Position numbers and translations under genes: made by a program. A stretch of DNA of 63,195 nt, the filler included, from Octopus bimaculoides (taxonomy: Eukaryota): NCBI RefSeq assembly GCF_001194135.2. It is 7 parts of 7 records of this genome, joined end to end, with 100 filler letters (N's around TTAATTAATTAA, not from the genome) between each part and the next. Parts side by side here need not be neighbours in the genome. Positions count along the whole stretch, not along the records: positions 46,543 to 60,782 come from NC_069009.1; positions 60,883 to 63,195 come from NC_068982.1; 5 more parts are not named here. One strand, 5' to 3'. Under the pieces are notes generated by a model, which ran no database searches, was not told where the DNA came from, and saw only the letters and a list, made by a program, of their open reading frames with translations. Positions 52,661 through 63,195 of this stretch are shown piece after piece (the first letter of the stretch is position 1; each line of letters opens with the position of its first letter).

Positions 52661-52798
52661 GTGTGGTAAATAGCTAGCTTACCAACCACATGGTTCCGGG
52701 TTCATTCCAGTCTGTGGCACCTTGGGCAAGTGTCTTCTACTATAGCCTTGTGAGTGGATTTTGTAGACAGAAACTGAAAGAAGCCCGTCGTATTTATG

Positions 52799-52831
<33 letters not shown>

Positions 52832-53035
52832 ATGTGTGTGTACATGTTTGTCTCCCCAACATCGCTTGACAACCGATGCTGGTGTGCTTACGTCCCCGTA
52901 ACTTAGCGGTTCGGCAAAAGAGACCGATAGAATAAGTACTAGGCTAACAAAGAGTAAGTCCTGGGGTCGATTTGCTCGACTAAAGGCAGTGCTTCAGCAT
53001 GGCCTCAGTCAAAATGACTGAAACAAGTAAAAGAG
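52661..53035 (+). mobile_element. tRNA-derived SINE family A (V-domain-like), near-complete copy
   Basis: A box GGCTGTGTGG, B box GGGTTCATTCC, body GGCACCTTGGGCAAGTGTCTTCTACTATAGCC...GAAACTGAAAGAAGCCCGTCG, internal (TG)n, tail CAGCATGGCC..AGTCAAA.TGACTGAAACAAGTAAAAGA. Other copies near 52-345(-), 2745-2945, 13087-13226(-), 28030-28385(-), 32920-33070, 47690-47850, 52476-52632, 57273-57570, 59976-60178. Confidence 0.85.
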
Positions 53036-53159
53036 AGTATATATTATATATCTTTGTATGTGTTGCTCTGTGTTTTTCCCCCACCACTGCTTGACAGCTG
53101 GTGTTGGGGTGTTTACATCCCTGTAACTTAGCAGTTCAGCAACAGAGACTGACTGAATA

Positions 53160-53671
53160 CAAGGTCATATCAAAAGGCTCCCAGACTAGTCATATTTAAT
53201 AAAAACAGCCACTTTGCACAGCAATACACCAGTCCCAGCATTCCTGACCCTTTTGGAATTCTCGATGCACCATACCACATTTCCAGGTGTGACACTCGAG
53301 GCATGTCTTCCAGATCACTCGTCGTCTTCCAGGGACATTCTTCTGCTTCTGAAGTGCCCATGCCACTGTAAACATTGTGCATGACCCATTGCCTTTGCTG
53401 AACTATGCTCAGCCTCTCTGTAGCAGACTTCTTGAGTTTAATGCAAAATTTCATGTTCGCTCTTCGTTCCTATCCATGACAAAATCGCAGACTACAGCAT
53501 ACGTGTGACCCCAAAATCACAAATTTCACAACTTGCGAAGTAAATACAGCGATGTCACTTGGTGTACTGCCTCATGAAGGTCACTGCTAGCTCTCACTGT
53601 GTCCTGAACCCTATTCTGCCATCTGTTGGTGCACTACGGAACTAGTCCCGGAACTTTTTGATACCACCTTG
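53160..53671 (-). mobile_element. Internally deleted mariner with TIRs and TA duplication, nested in a SINE
   Basis: TA-CAAGGTCATATCAAAAGGCTCCCAGACTAG at the left matches the reverse complement of CTAGTCCCGGAACTTTTTGATACCACCTTG-TA at the right; EQRANMKFCIKLKKSATE on -. Confidence 0.8.
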
Positions 53672-53829
53672 TAAGTACCAGGCTTAAAAATAAAATAAGT
53701 TCTGGAGTCAATTGATTTGACTAAAAATTCTCCATAGTGGTGCACCAGCATGGCCACAGTCTAATGACTAAAACAAATAAAAAAAATAAAATATGAAAGA
53801 TACATCAAGAACAATAATAATAATGATAA

Positions 53830-54043
53830 CAATATCAGAAGGCATCAAGGGGATTATAAAGGAAATTGGAATAGAGTGCCCAGTAGAACTAATACAAAAG
53901 GTTTTCTTCCTTGGGTACAACAACAATAATCAGGAAGCTGAAAAGAATGGATAGCAAGGTACCATAGGCTGCAGGTAGCAAGCCCACTACACGTGCAAGA
54001 CTCCAGGAGTTCTAATGAACCTGTGATAAAGAGAAATAATAAT

Positions 54044-54090
<47 letters not shown>
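53830..54090 (+). mobile_element. Decayed R4/Dong-type LINE 3' end
   Basis: KEIGIECPVELIQKVFFLGT-like peptide, short UTR, long (AAT)n. Confidence 0.5.
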
Positions 54091-54091
<1 letters not shown>

Positions 54092-54095
<4 letters not shown>

Positions 54096-54635
54096 GCCCT
54101 GATGCAGTACCAGGCAGTGGCTCTCGTGGCTTCTGATCTTAATTGATTGGAAGTGTTATCATGTACATTGTTTTGTCTTGGTATAAAAGATGGGCTACAG
54201 CAAATATTCTGCTCAATACCACAGATTTGCTTGTCAGTTGTTTGACCTTAACCNNNNNNNNNNNNNNNNNNNNNNNNNNNNNNNNNNNNNNNNAGAAGTA
54301 GTGGGGGAGCATCATAGCCATGTAAGAGGAATTCTTTGGGGTTTGGATAATTTACCTTTGGAAACATGGGTGTTTTGTTCAACATCCTTAAACAAACCTT
54401 ATTCAGGAACCTTTTGAGCGGGATGGGCTACTCGACCTGAAGAAAATTCTAACTGGGCCCCACCTGCGAGGTCATGCGCTGTTTATCTTGATATGAGATC
54501 ACCATGTTGTGCACATATGGTTGTGATGCATGTGCCTGGTGTACCCTTATCAGACGGGTAGTCATGATGGGTATATTGGGCTTCGTATATTTTACCTCAG
54601 TGTCACTTTGATGGAATGTGCTGCTCTCTCAATAA
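54092..54635. mobile_element. ~550-bp non-coding repeat (family D) flanked by (AAT)n on both sides
   Basis: Homologous copies at 16768-17210 and 17665-18172 (opposite orientation) and 48225-48655; all are bounded by AAT/ATT tracts. Confidence 0.8.
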
Positions 54636-55691
54636 TAATAATAATAATACTCCTTTCTGTTAGAAGCAGAAGACCTGAAATTTTGGAGGGAGGGGGCTTG
54701 TCGATTACTTCAGCCACCAGTGCTTGATTAGTTATGCATTTTATTGGCCTTGAAAGGATAAAGGCAAAGTGGACTTTGGGCAGAATTTGATCTCAGAATA
54801 TAGAGACGAAGAAAATACTGTTAAGCATTTTGTCAGGCTTCCTAACAATTCTGCTAGCTCACTGCCTTACTACCACCACCACCACCGCTACTACTACTAC
54901 TGATGATGATGATGATGATGATAATAACAATAGTTATGCTTATATATCCACATGCAGACACATAAACATGTGCACACATACACATTAAACAGATTCATAA
55001 ATATATACTCTTACTCGCAGACACACACACCATTGCACTCTCTATGATACAGTATCAATGACAATATTCCATGTATGATGCAAGATTTTCCTATTCAATA
55101 GCACACAATGCCATTACAAACCAAAACAAAAGCCACGTCTGTCTATTTTTAATGGCTACCTAGTGCCATTCTGCCAAAAATCTAATTATATATGTTAGGC
55201 TGTATAGAAAACATGATTTTTTATTTTATAATTTTATTTAATTCCATCTCTCAAATTTCCATTCATTTCTCTTGGGGGAAAACCATGCAATCAATATGTT
55301 GTTGTTACAACGGGGTTTACAGTTTGGCTTATGTACGCTAACTTATATTTGTGCAATCTAACTTTTGGCCTTTGCCAAAGGCAGCAGTTGTATCCAATTG
55401 CTGTATTGATATTCTCTCGTGTTACCACAGATCAAAGAGATGTCCAAAAGTTTAAATGGGTTCTTTTAAAGCGTTTCTGCCATATTGAAGTTTTAAATTT
55501 CTCCCCTGCCCTTCCACCTATCAAATTATGAAACAGGTATGTAAATATATGCATGCACATGTGTGTGTGTTTGTGTGTAAATGTGTATACACACACATAT
55601 ATCTATTATGCATTTAAATATGTAGAAATACGTATGTGCATATGTGTTTCTGTGTATGTATATTTTTACATATACACATGCACATATGTCA

Positions 55692-55760
<69 letters not shown>

Positions 55761-55896
55761 GACATAATGTAAACACTTTGCACATCTTGTTTATATTAAT
55801 ACTGTTAAATCTCTTTCTCACCTTGCATATATAAATATATGCATCTTTATAAATTTCTATTATATATGTATATCTATCTATTTATCTATCTATCTC

Positions 55897-55936
<40 letters not shown>

Positions 55937-56541
55937 ACTACATATACATAAACGTTTGTTTTTATGTTATAATAGAAACAATTTAACATTAAATTGAAGG
56001 ATCACTCAAAACATTTGCTAGAGTATAAATCTATTATTCTTTAACAAAAATAGTTCTGTGCATATACGCTAAGAAGCAGTGTACAGTACCAGAATTTGTA
56101 AACTCGTTAAATATAACAAACTACTCCAAATCATTGTTAGAGTACCAGCATAAGCAGAGCCACGGTTGGCTACTTTGTACTGGCATTGAGTCATATAAGT
56201 TGTAATAATGAAGTTGTGCCAAATAGTGATATCTTGGAATGTTTTAACTGAGGAAGATCTGACGTAATGGATACATTTCCTATGATATATTATATAAACC
56301 TGAAACATACATAATAAAGCGAAGAACAACTAGTTTTAAATCTCTGAGTGAGAGATATGTGGTAACAGTACCGAACAGTAAAGTTTATTTGCCAACAGAA
56401 GGTGGCAGTCCTACAAGGGATGATGTTACTACTGTTTAGTCCCAGGAAAAATATTTTTTCCAACTGGCTACCGACACACAATTTCTGTCCGTATACTACG
56501 AGCAAGGGAGTTTATCGCTCCCATCCTTAGCCTTCATGATA

Positions 56542-56586
56542 CTGACGGACCTAGGTTTCTGGGTTGTTTCCCATCTTCAGTGTGAG
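56542..56586 (-). ncRNA. Type I hammerhead ribozyme motif, core intact
   Basis: Minus strand reads ctcaca CTGAAGA TGGG aaacaa CCCA GAAAC CTAG GTC cgtcag: full core, 4-bp helix II, palindromic helix III (ACCTAGGT), GUC cleavage triplet. Helix I has 4 of 6 pairs. Confidence 0.7.
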
Positions 56587-57110
56587 ACAATTACTGGCCA
56601 GTGTTAAATATTAAAGGATTCCATAATATCACTACTTCATTATTACGACTTGTACATATATATGTATTCTTTTATTCTGTTATTTATTTCAGCCATTATA
56701 TTGTGGCCATGCTGGCAGGTCAGCAGAGGGTTTGCTGACCAATTATCTCTGCCAATTATCAGAGCAGACGTAGCCTGGTTTTGGAAATGCTTCCATGGCA
56801 GAATAGGAACGAAAGATGATGCCTGTATGACATCTCTCCATCCATCCATCCATCCATCTATCTCTGTTTATTTATTTATCTATATTTCTCTCCCTTTCTC
56901 CCCCTCTCTCTCCCTTTCTATCTAGCTATCAGTTTATCTGTCTGTCTATTAATATTTCTTTCTCACTATCTCTCTCTCAATCTCTCTATGTATCTTTCTA
57001 GATATCCATCCATCCACTATCTATATATATATATATATATATATTACAATTAATATATTACATAACTTCGGTATGTGGTGAAGCAACTGTTTGCTGATCC
57101 CTTAATTATG

Positions 57111-57143
<33 letters not shown>

Positions 57144-57567
57144 NNNNNNNNNNNNNNNNNNNNNNNNNNNNNNNNNNNNNNNNNNNNNNNNNNNNNNNNN
57201 NNNNNNNNNNNNNNNNNNNNNNNNNNNNNNNNNNNNNNNNNNNNNNNNNNNNNNNNNNNNNCTACAGCCTCGGGCGGACCAAAGCCTTGTGAGTAGATTT
57301 GGCAGACGGAATCTGAAAGAAGCCCATCGTATATATGTATATATATATGTATGTGTGTGTATATGTTTGTGTGTCTGTGTTTGTCCCCCCAACGTCGCTT
57401 GACTACCGATGCTGGTTTGTTTACGTCCCCGTAACTTAGTGGTTCAGCAAAAGAGACCGATAGGATAAGTACTAGGCTTTCAAAGAATAAGTCCTGGGGT
57501 CGATTTGCTCGGCTGAAAGCAGTATGGCCGGTGTCAAATGACTGAAACAAGTGAAAGAGTAAAAGAG

Positions 57568-57619
<52 letters not shown>

Positions 57620-59064
57620 ATATATACATATATATCTTTTATAGTGGGACTGAACTCAGGACCATGTGGTTGGCAAGCAAGTTTCTTACCACACAGCCAT
57701 TACAAACCAAACTAATAAACATATTACACTATAGTTTCTCAGCAAACAGGTGATTGGAATATACCCACCACCACCACCACCAATGGCTTCATAGTGATGT
57801 TGCTGTTGTTGCTGATACAGAAAGTGGTGGCAGTGGTGCAGAGGGTGTCTGATTTTTTCAGACACCATATTGCTCAAACAAGTGCTTGCCCAGCTCACAC
57901 TACACCAGACTGCTTAATTTTAGAAACACCACCATCACCACCACCACCAACTCCACCAACACCATCACCACCATCACCACCACCACCATCACCACCATCA
58001 CCATTTGAATCATCCACCAACCCCTTGTTTGCCCCACCCCTACCACCGTCATCATCATCACCATTGTCACCTTACCTACCCCCCCCCTCCCCACACACAC
58101 ATTGTTTCATCAGAATAGTAATCAATCTATACCAATCAATTAAGTAATTAATGCGAAAGTAATTCTGAAGTAGATAGCAACAATCACCATCATCATCCTC
58201 ATCATCATCAACATCATCATCACCATCACCGTCATCATCACCATATTCATCTTCTNNNNNNNNNNNNNNNNNNNNNNNNNNNNNNNNNNNNNNNNNNNNN
58301 NNNNNNNNNNNNNNNNNNNNNNNNNNNNNNNNNNNNNNNNNNNNNNNNNNNNNNNNNNNNNNNNNNNNNNNNNNNNNNNNNNNNNNNNNNNNNNNNNNNN
58401 NNNNNNNTGTTTGCCCCACCCCTACCACCGTCATCATCATCACCATTGTCACCTTACCTACCCCCCCCCTCCCCACACACACATTGTTTCATCAGAATAG
58501 TAATCAATCTATACCAATCAATTAAGTAATTAATGCGAAAGTAATTCTGAAGTAGATAGCAACAATCACCATCATCATCCTCATCATCATCAACATCATC
58601 ATCACCATCACCGTCATCATCACCATATTCATCTTCTTCAACATTATCGTCATCATCATCTTTATCATCATCATCATCACCATGTTTATCATCGTCATCA
58701 TCATCATCATGGTCGTCCTCATCGTTAATATAATCATCATCGTTATCGTCATCGTCATCACCATCGTAGTTCATAATATTTACCACCACTACCACCACCA
58801 CCCACAACAAAGCTATCAACAATGCCTAAATTAATGGGGTGGGGCTGCGACTGCTGCTGCTGCTATTACTGCTACTATTACTGTTACTACTACCATCATT
58901 GCTACCTCAACCACCAACACACAACCGCCCGGCATCATTCTGTCACCTTAGCTTTGCTCAATGTTCCATATATCATTACGCACATTTGAAATAATCACCG
59001 GGAGACATATTCTTCTCCATGATAATATCACGTGTATTTACACACACACACACACACACATATA

Positions 59065-59250
59065 TGATGGCGTGCTCAAAAGTTCCTGGCTTCGGGTAAA
59101 AGAAAATACAGGAGGATTGGTTAATTATGGTTTTATTCAACACATTCCCCTCTCAGATTCACACACTGAGAAGCGGGGAATATGTTGAAAATCTCGGAAG
59201 GTTGGGCCTCCAACCAAGCCCTTTATGATACCCTTAAAGAAGCCAGCACT
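59065..59250. mobile_element. Mariner-derived MITE remnant
   Basis: TA-TGATGGCGTGCTCAAAAGTTCCTGGCTT terminus; internal inverted repeat 59136-59156 / 59166-59189; right end degenerate. Confidence 0.55.
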
Positions 59251-59384
59251 CCCTAGTGTGTGTGTACTATTTTACTCTTTTACTTGTTTCAGTCATTTGA
59301 CACACTTTCTGTGAATTTTCGTCACTGGAAAAAGGGTATATGTATTTGCATTGGGAGCCCTTCGCATCAAAGATCGGTGATTGT

Positions 59385-59429
59385 CGTACGCTGACGAAGG
59401 GTAAATAACCAGGAACCCGGGTCCGTGCG
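59385..59429 (+). ncRNA. Type I hammerhead ribozyme motif, one core substitution
   Basis: cgtacg CTGACGA AG GGT aaata ACC A GGAAC CCGG GTC cgtgcg: 6-bp helix I, palindromic helix III (ACCCGGGT), GUC triplet; GAAA core reads GGAA. Confidence 0.6.
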
Positions 59430-59598
59430 TAATCACGTCAGATCGACGATGGGAAGGGTGACTTCCCTTTGCAAATACCGACAAAGCACAGAAAGTGTGT
59501 CAATAGCCAGCTGGAGGAGATGTTCTCCTGGGGCTAAAAGCGACAGTAACATCCACCCTTAGGGTCTAGCCGCATTTAAGTGGCAAATACACTTCACG

Positions 59599-59640
<42 letters not shown>

Positions 59641-59923
59641 NNNNNNNNNNNNNNNNNNNNNNNNNNNNNNNNNNNNNNNNNNNNNNNNNNNNNNNNNNNN
59701 NNNNNNNNNNNNNNNNNNNNNNNNNNNNNNNNNNNNNNNNNNNNNNNNNNNNNNNNNNNNNNNNNNNNNNNNNNNNNNNNNNNNNNNNNNNNNNNNNNNN
59801 NNNNNNNNNNNNNNNNNNNNNNNNNNNNNNNNNNNNNNNNNNNNNNNNNNNNNNNNNNNNNNNNNNNNNNNNNNNNNNNNNNNNNNNNNNNNNNNNNNNN
59901 NNNNNNNNNNNNNNNNNNNNNNN

Positions 59924-59962
<39 letters not shown>

Positions 59963-60389
59963 ATATGTGTCTCTCTTTGTGTCTGTGTTTGTCCCCCTTT
60001 GCCGCTTGACAACCATTGTTCGTGTGTTTACGTCCCCGTAATGTAGCAGTTTGGCAAAAGATACTGATAAAATAAGAACTAGGCTTAAAAAATAACGGGG
60101 TTGATTTGTTCAACAAAAACCTTTCAAAGCAGTGCTCCAGCATGGCAGCAGTCAAATGTCTGAAACAAGTAAAAGAATATATTATCCAAATTATAAGACA
60201 AAGAGATACTTAAAAACATCTTTAATGACCAGTCACAGTTGTTTCTGTACCAACTCGAATGACATGTAAGTTTACACAAAAATTCTAAGGAAAAGTTCGC
60301 CAAATATTTGCAGTTTTAGACATTAAGGAAGCATTTCATCAGACTTGCATTAAAGGTGTGCTCTTACATCGTGTGATCATTTTTACTCT

Positions 60390-60655
60390 TATTATTATTA
60401 TTATTATTATTATTGCCTTTGTACAGCTTCTAATGCTGGAGGTGTACTGCGGTGTCAGCTGTTCACTACCAGTGAACTAAGGTAACACCCCTTTATTTTT
60501 CGAGCACCTTCCAGAGTATTGGAGCGGTTCCAAGCAGTGCTGTTTTCTACAAGTGTTCCACCCTTATTGCAGCCCCTATTTCTCCCATGTACTTCTCAAG
60601 ATTTTTACTCACTGTTCCCAGGGCTCTGACAATTATTAGTACTACCACCACTTTT
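60390..60655 (-). mobile_element. R4/Dong-type LINE 3' end
   Basis: Minus: VVLIIVRALGTVSKNLEKY...KTALLGTAPILWKVLEK*, UTR, (AAT)n. Confidence 0.75.
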
Positions 60656-61203
60656 TTCATCTATCTATCTATCTATGTCTGTCTATTTATCTATCTATCT
60701 ATCTCATTATATATTTATCTATCTATCTAATCTATCTATATATCTATCTTTCTCTCTATCTCTCTGTGTATCCATCTATCTANNNNNNNNNNNNNNNNNN
60801 NNNNNNNNNNNNNNNNNNNNNNNNNNTTAATTAATTAANNNNNNNNNNNNNNNNNNNNNNNNNNNNNNNNNNNNNNNNNNNNCCATGCTAGCATATGTTG
60901 GACGATTTGACTGAGGACTGGCAAACCAGATGGCTACACCAGGCTCCAATCTGATTTGGCAGAGTTTCTACAGCTGGATGCCCTTCCTAACGCCAACCAC
61001 TCCGAGAGTGTAGTGGGTGCTTTTACGTGCCACCAGCATGAAGGCCAGTCGGGCGGTACTGGCAACGGCCATGCTCAAAATGGTGTATTTTACGTGCCAC
61101 CTGCACAGGAGCCAGTCCAGCGGCACTGGCAACAATCTCGCTCTAATGTCTTTACACGTGCCACCAGCACAAGTGCCAGGAAGGCGACGCTGGGCACAAG
61201 TGC

Positions 61204-61246
<43 letters not shown>

Positions 61247-61326
61247 CATACATACATACATACATATATATGCATGTATGTATGTATATATATGTATGTA
61301 TACATACATACATACATACATGAATG

Positions 61327-61369
<43 letters not shown>

Positions 61370-62010
61370 TGGTTGTCTACTCCTTATGCAGAATCTGACC
61401 ACTTCCTGTACCTACACCTTAGATCCATCATGGTGTCTGATGTAGCTTTTTAAATCAGACAATGTTTTGAAAAGACACCCACATAGATTGCATGTATGTA
61501 CATGTGTGTGTATATATATATATATATTATATCACGGTGGTGCACCAGCATGACCGCAGCCACTTGGCTGAAACACATAAATAAATAAATAAATACTCAG
61601 CAGTATTAATGCTAAGCTGTGATTAGGCATAAGCAAACTTTAATTTAGTTGAAATATGTTTGTGACACATTTCAATTTGTAAAGGCAAATTCACTGCAGT
61701 TATCATGAAGAAAAAATTTTCTCTTATGGTAAAAGGTATAAAAACACCTATGTCTGTCCAGAGTTGCCCTCTCTCAGATTCTCAGATGCAGCATTTCTGG
61801 CTCTTCAGCCTCCTTCGTCAATGGGAAATACCAAACAAAGTAAGATAACTCTGGGCAGATTTAAGGTCATAGCTTTAACTAAAAACAGTCAACAACATTA
61901 ACTGAGTTGCACTATTGGACCACCACCTAGTTGGAATAAATTCAACAGTATCAGCACCAGGCAGTGATTAGGTATAAGCAAACTTTAGTTTCATTAAAAT
62001 ATATCTGTGA

Positions 62011-62741
62011 CAGTACAGTTCTATATTTAAGAGATGAGGAATTATGTACATTATTTGCATTATTTACATTCGAGGGATATTTGTCTTCATCTTATTTGCT
62101 GTTAACACAACGCTTTGGCTGATATACCCTCCAGCCTTCTTCAGATGTCTTGGGGAAATTTTGAACCTGGGTTCTCATTCCTAAGGTATTTTTCGATGTT
62201 ATTATTTATTATTATTATTATTATTATTGTTATTTCTTTTATTGCCCACAAGGGGCTAAACATAGAGGGGACAAACAAGGACAGACAAAGGGATTAAGTC
62301 GATTACATCGACCCCAGTGCATAACTGGTACTTAATTTATCGACCCCGAAAGGATGAAAGGCAAAGTCGACCTCAACGGAATTTGAACTCAGAACATAAC
62401 AGCAGATGAAATACCGCTAAGCATTTTGCCCAGCGTGCTAACGTTTCTGCCAACTCACCACCTTTGTTATTATGATTGTTATTATTCCGGTCACTGCTTG
62501 GAATCGAACTCGGAATCTAGAGCACGGGCTACTAACCCCAAGATTCCGAGTTAGATTCCAAGCAGTGACCTGAACAATAACAATAATAATAATAGTGATA
62601 ATAATAATAACATCGAAAAATACCTTAGGAATGAGAACCCAGGTTCAAAATTTCCCCAAGATATCTGAAGAAGGCTGGAGGGTATAATAGCCGAAACGTT
62701 GTGATGAGGACAAATATCCATTGAATGTAAATAATGTAAAT
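62011..62741. mobile_element. Fold-back dimer of a tRNA-derived SINE with hammerhead-containing tail; a second SINE family is nested at 62232-62463
   Basis: 62011-62230 plus 62464-62518 is the reverse complement of 62541-62741. Anticodon-arm-like GGGC-TACTAA-CCCC and B-box GAGTTCGATTCC in the head, (TAA)n in the body. Confidence 0.7.
62660..62705 (+). ncRNA. Minimal hammerhead motif inside a tRNA-headed SINE
   Basis: CTGAAGA A GGCT ggagggtataat AGCC GAAAC GTT: intact core and palindromic AACGTT helix III; helix I is weakened by a deletion. An inverted copy at 62104-62149 has good helix I but GAAAC mutated to AAAGC. Confidence 0.6.
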
Positions 62742-63195
62742 ATGTGTTTGTGACATATTTCAACATTTAAAGGCAAATTTACTGTAGTTATCATGGAGAA
62801 AAAAATTCTCTCTTATGGTAAAAGGTGTAAAAACACTATCCCTGCACAGCTTCCCAGATGCAGCGTTCACTTCAGTATTTCTTACTGAGGAAGGCTAAAA
62901 AACCAGAAATACATATATATATATATATATATTATCAACAATACATACTGAAGGTATGTGTTTTATTTGTTCCCCGTTTCACTGTGGTGTAACACCTGGA
63001 GGATGACTTCCTCATTACATTGAGTGCTAGATGAGACAACTTGCCTCTGATAAGATTCAAGAATGATGGATACTGATATTTTGCCACTTTTGTGGCAAAT
63101 ATCTATATTGATACACACACACACACACACACACGTTTATGTGTGTGTGTGTATATATATATACATACATTCATATATATAAGATCGGAAGAGCG

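Larger units (their letters stand above)
61619..62830. repeat. ~345-bp tandem-unit repeat, interrupted by the SINE dimer; a further copy lies at 10480-10850
   Basis: GTGATTAGG.ATAAGCAAACTTTA recurs at 61619 and 61964; the unit resumes at 62742; the same unit with a restart occurs at 10484 and 10821. Confidence 0.75.

Noticed and set aside
55431-55536. Exon-like segment (cacag...CAG/gtatgt) with KRF and PCPSTYQI, resembling late STPG2
   Set aside because: No single frame is open between the splice sites; the motifs fall in different frames.
58024-58638. Identical ~230-bp direct repeat on both sides of the 58255-58406 gap
   Set aside because: Exact identity across a gap indicates unmerged contig overlap.
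62885-62912. CTGAGGA-AGG..CC-AGAAA hammerhead-like spacing
   Set aside because: Only a 2-bp helix II, and no helix I, helix III or NUH.

Overview
AT-rich, intron-rich animal genomic DNA with many N gaps. The repeat families and microsatellite load suggest an octopus or other coleoid cephalopod (inference, not verified). Three host genes are supported by splice sites plus protein motifs: (1) a complete three-exon SURF6 homolog on + (21342-27909, 276 aa); (2) the last two exons of an RDH13-like short-chain dehydrogenase on - (30302-31120), tail-to-tail with SURF6 and absent from the ORF track; (3) one internal exon of a STPG2-like PG-repeat gene on + (48946-49196). The rest is microsatellites and decayed mobile DNA: tRNA-derived SINEs, RTE, CR1 and R4/Dong LINE fragments, three Penelope-like (PLE) fragments, mariner and hAT remnants, and MITEs. 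The most notable signal is a set of type I hammerhead-ribozyme motifs in small repeats. Two diverged copies of one structured-RNA repeat (56380-56600 on -, 59297-59598 on +) keep a palindromic helix III and covarying hairpins, and one copy sits at the apex of a 207-nt rod-like fold. A tRNA-headed SINE carrying a different hammerhead is present as a fold-back dimer (62011-62741). None of these has been tested for cleavage, and whether they are already catalogued cannot be judged without database searches.
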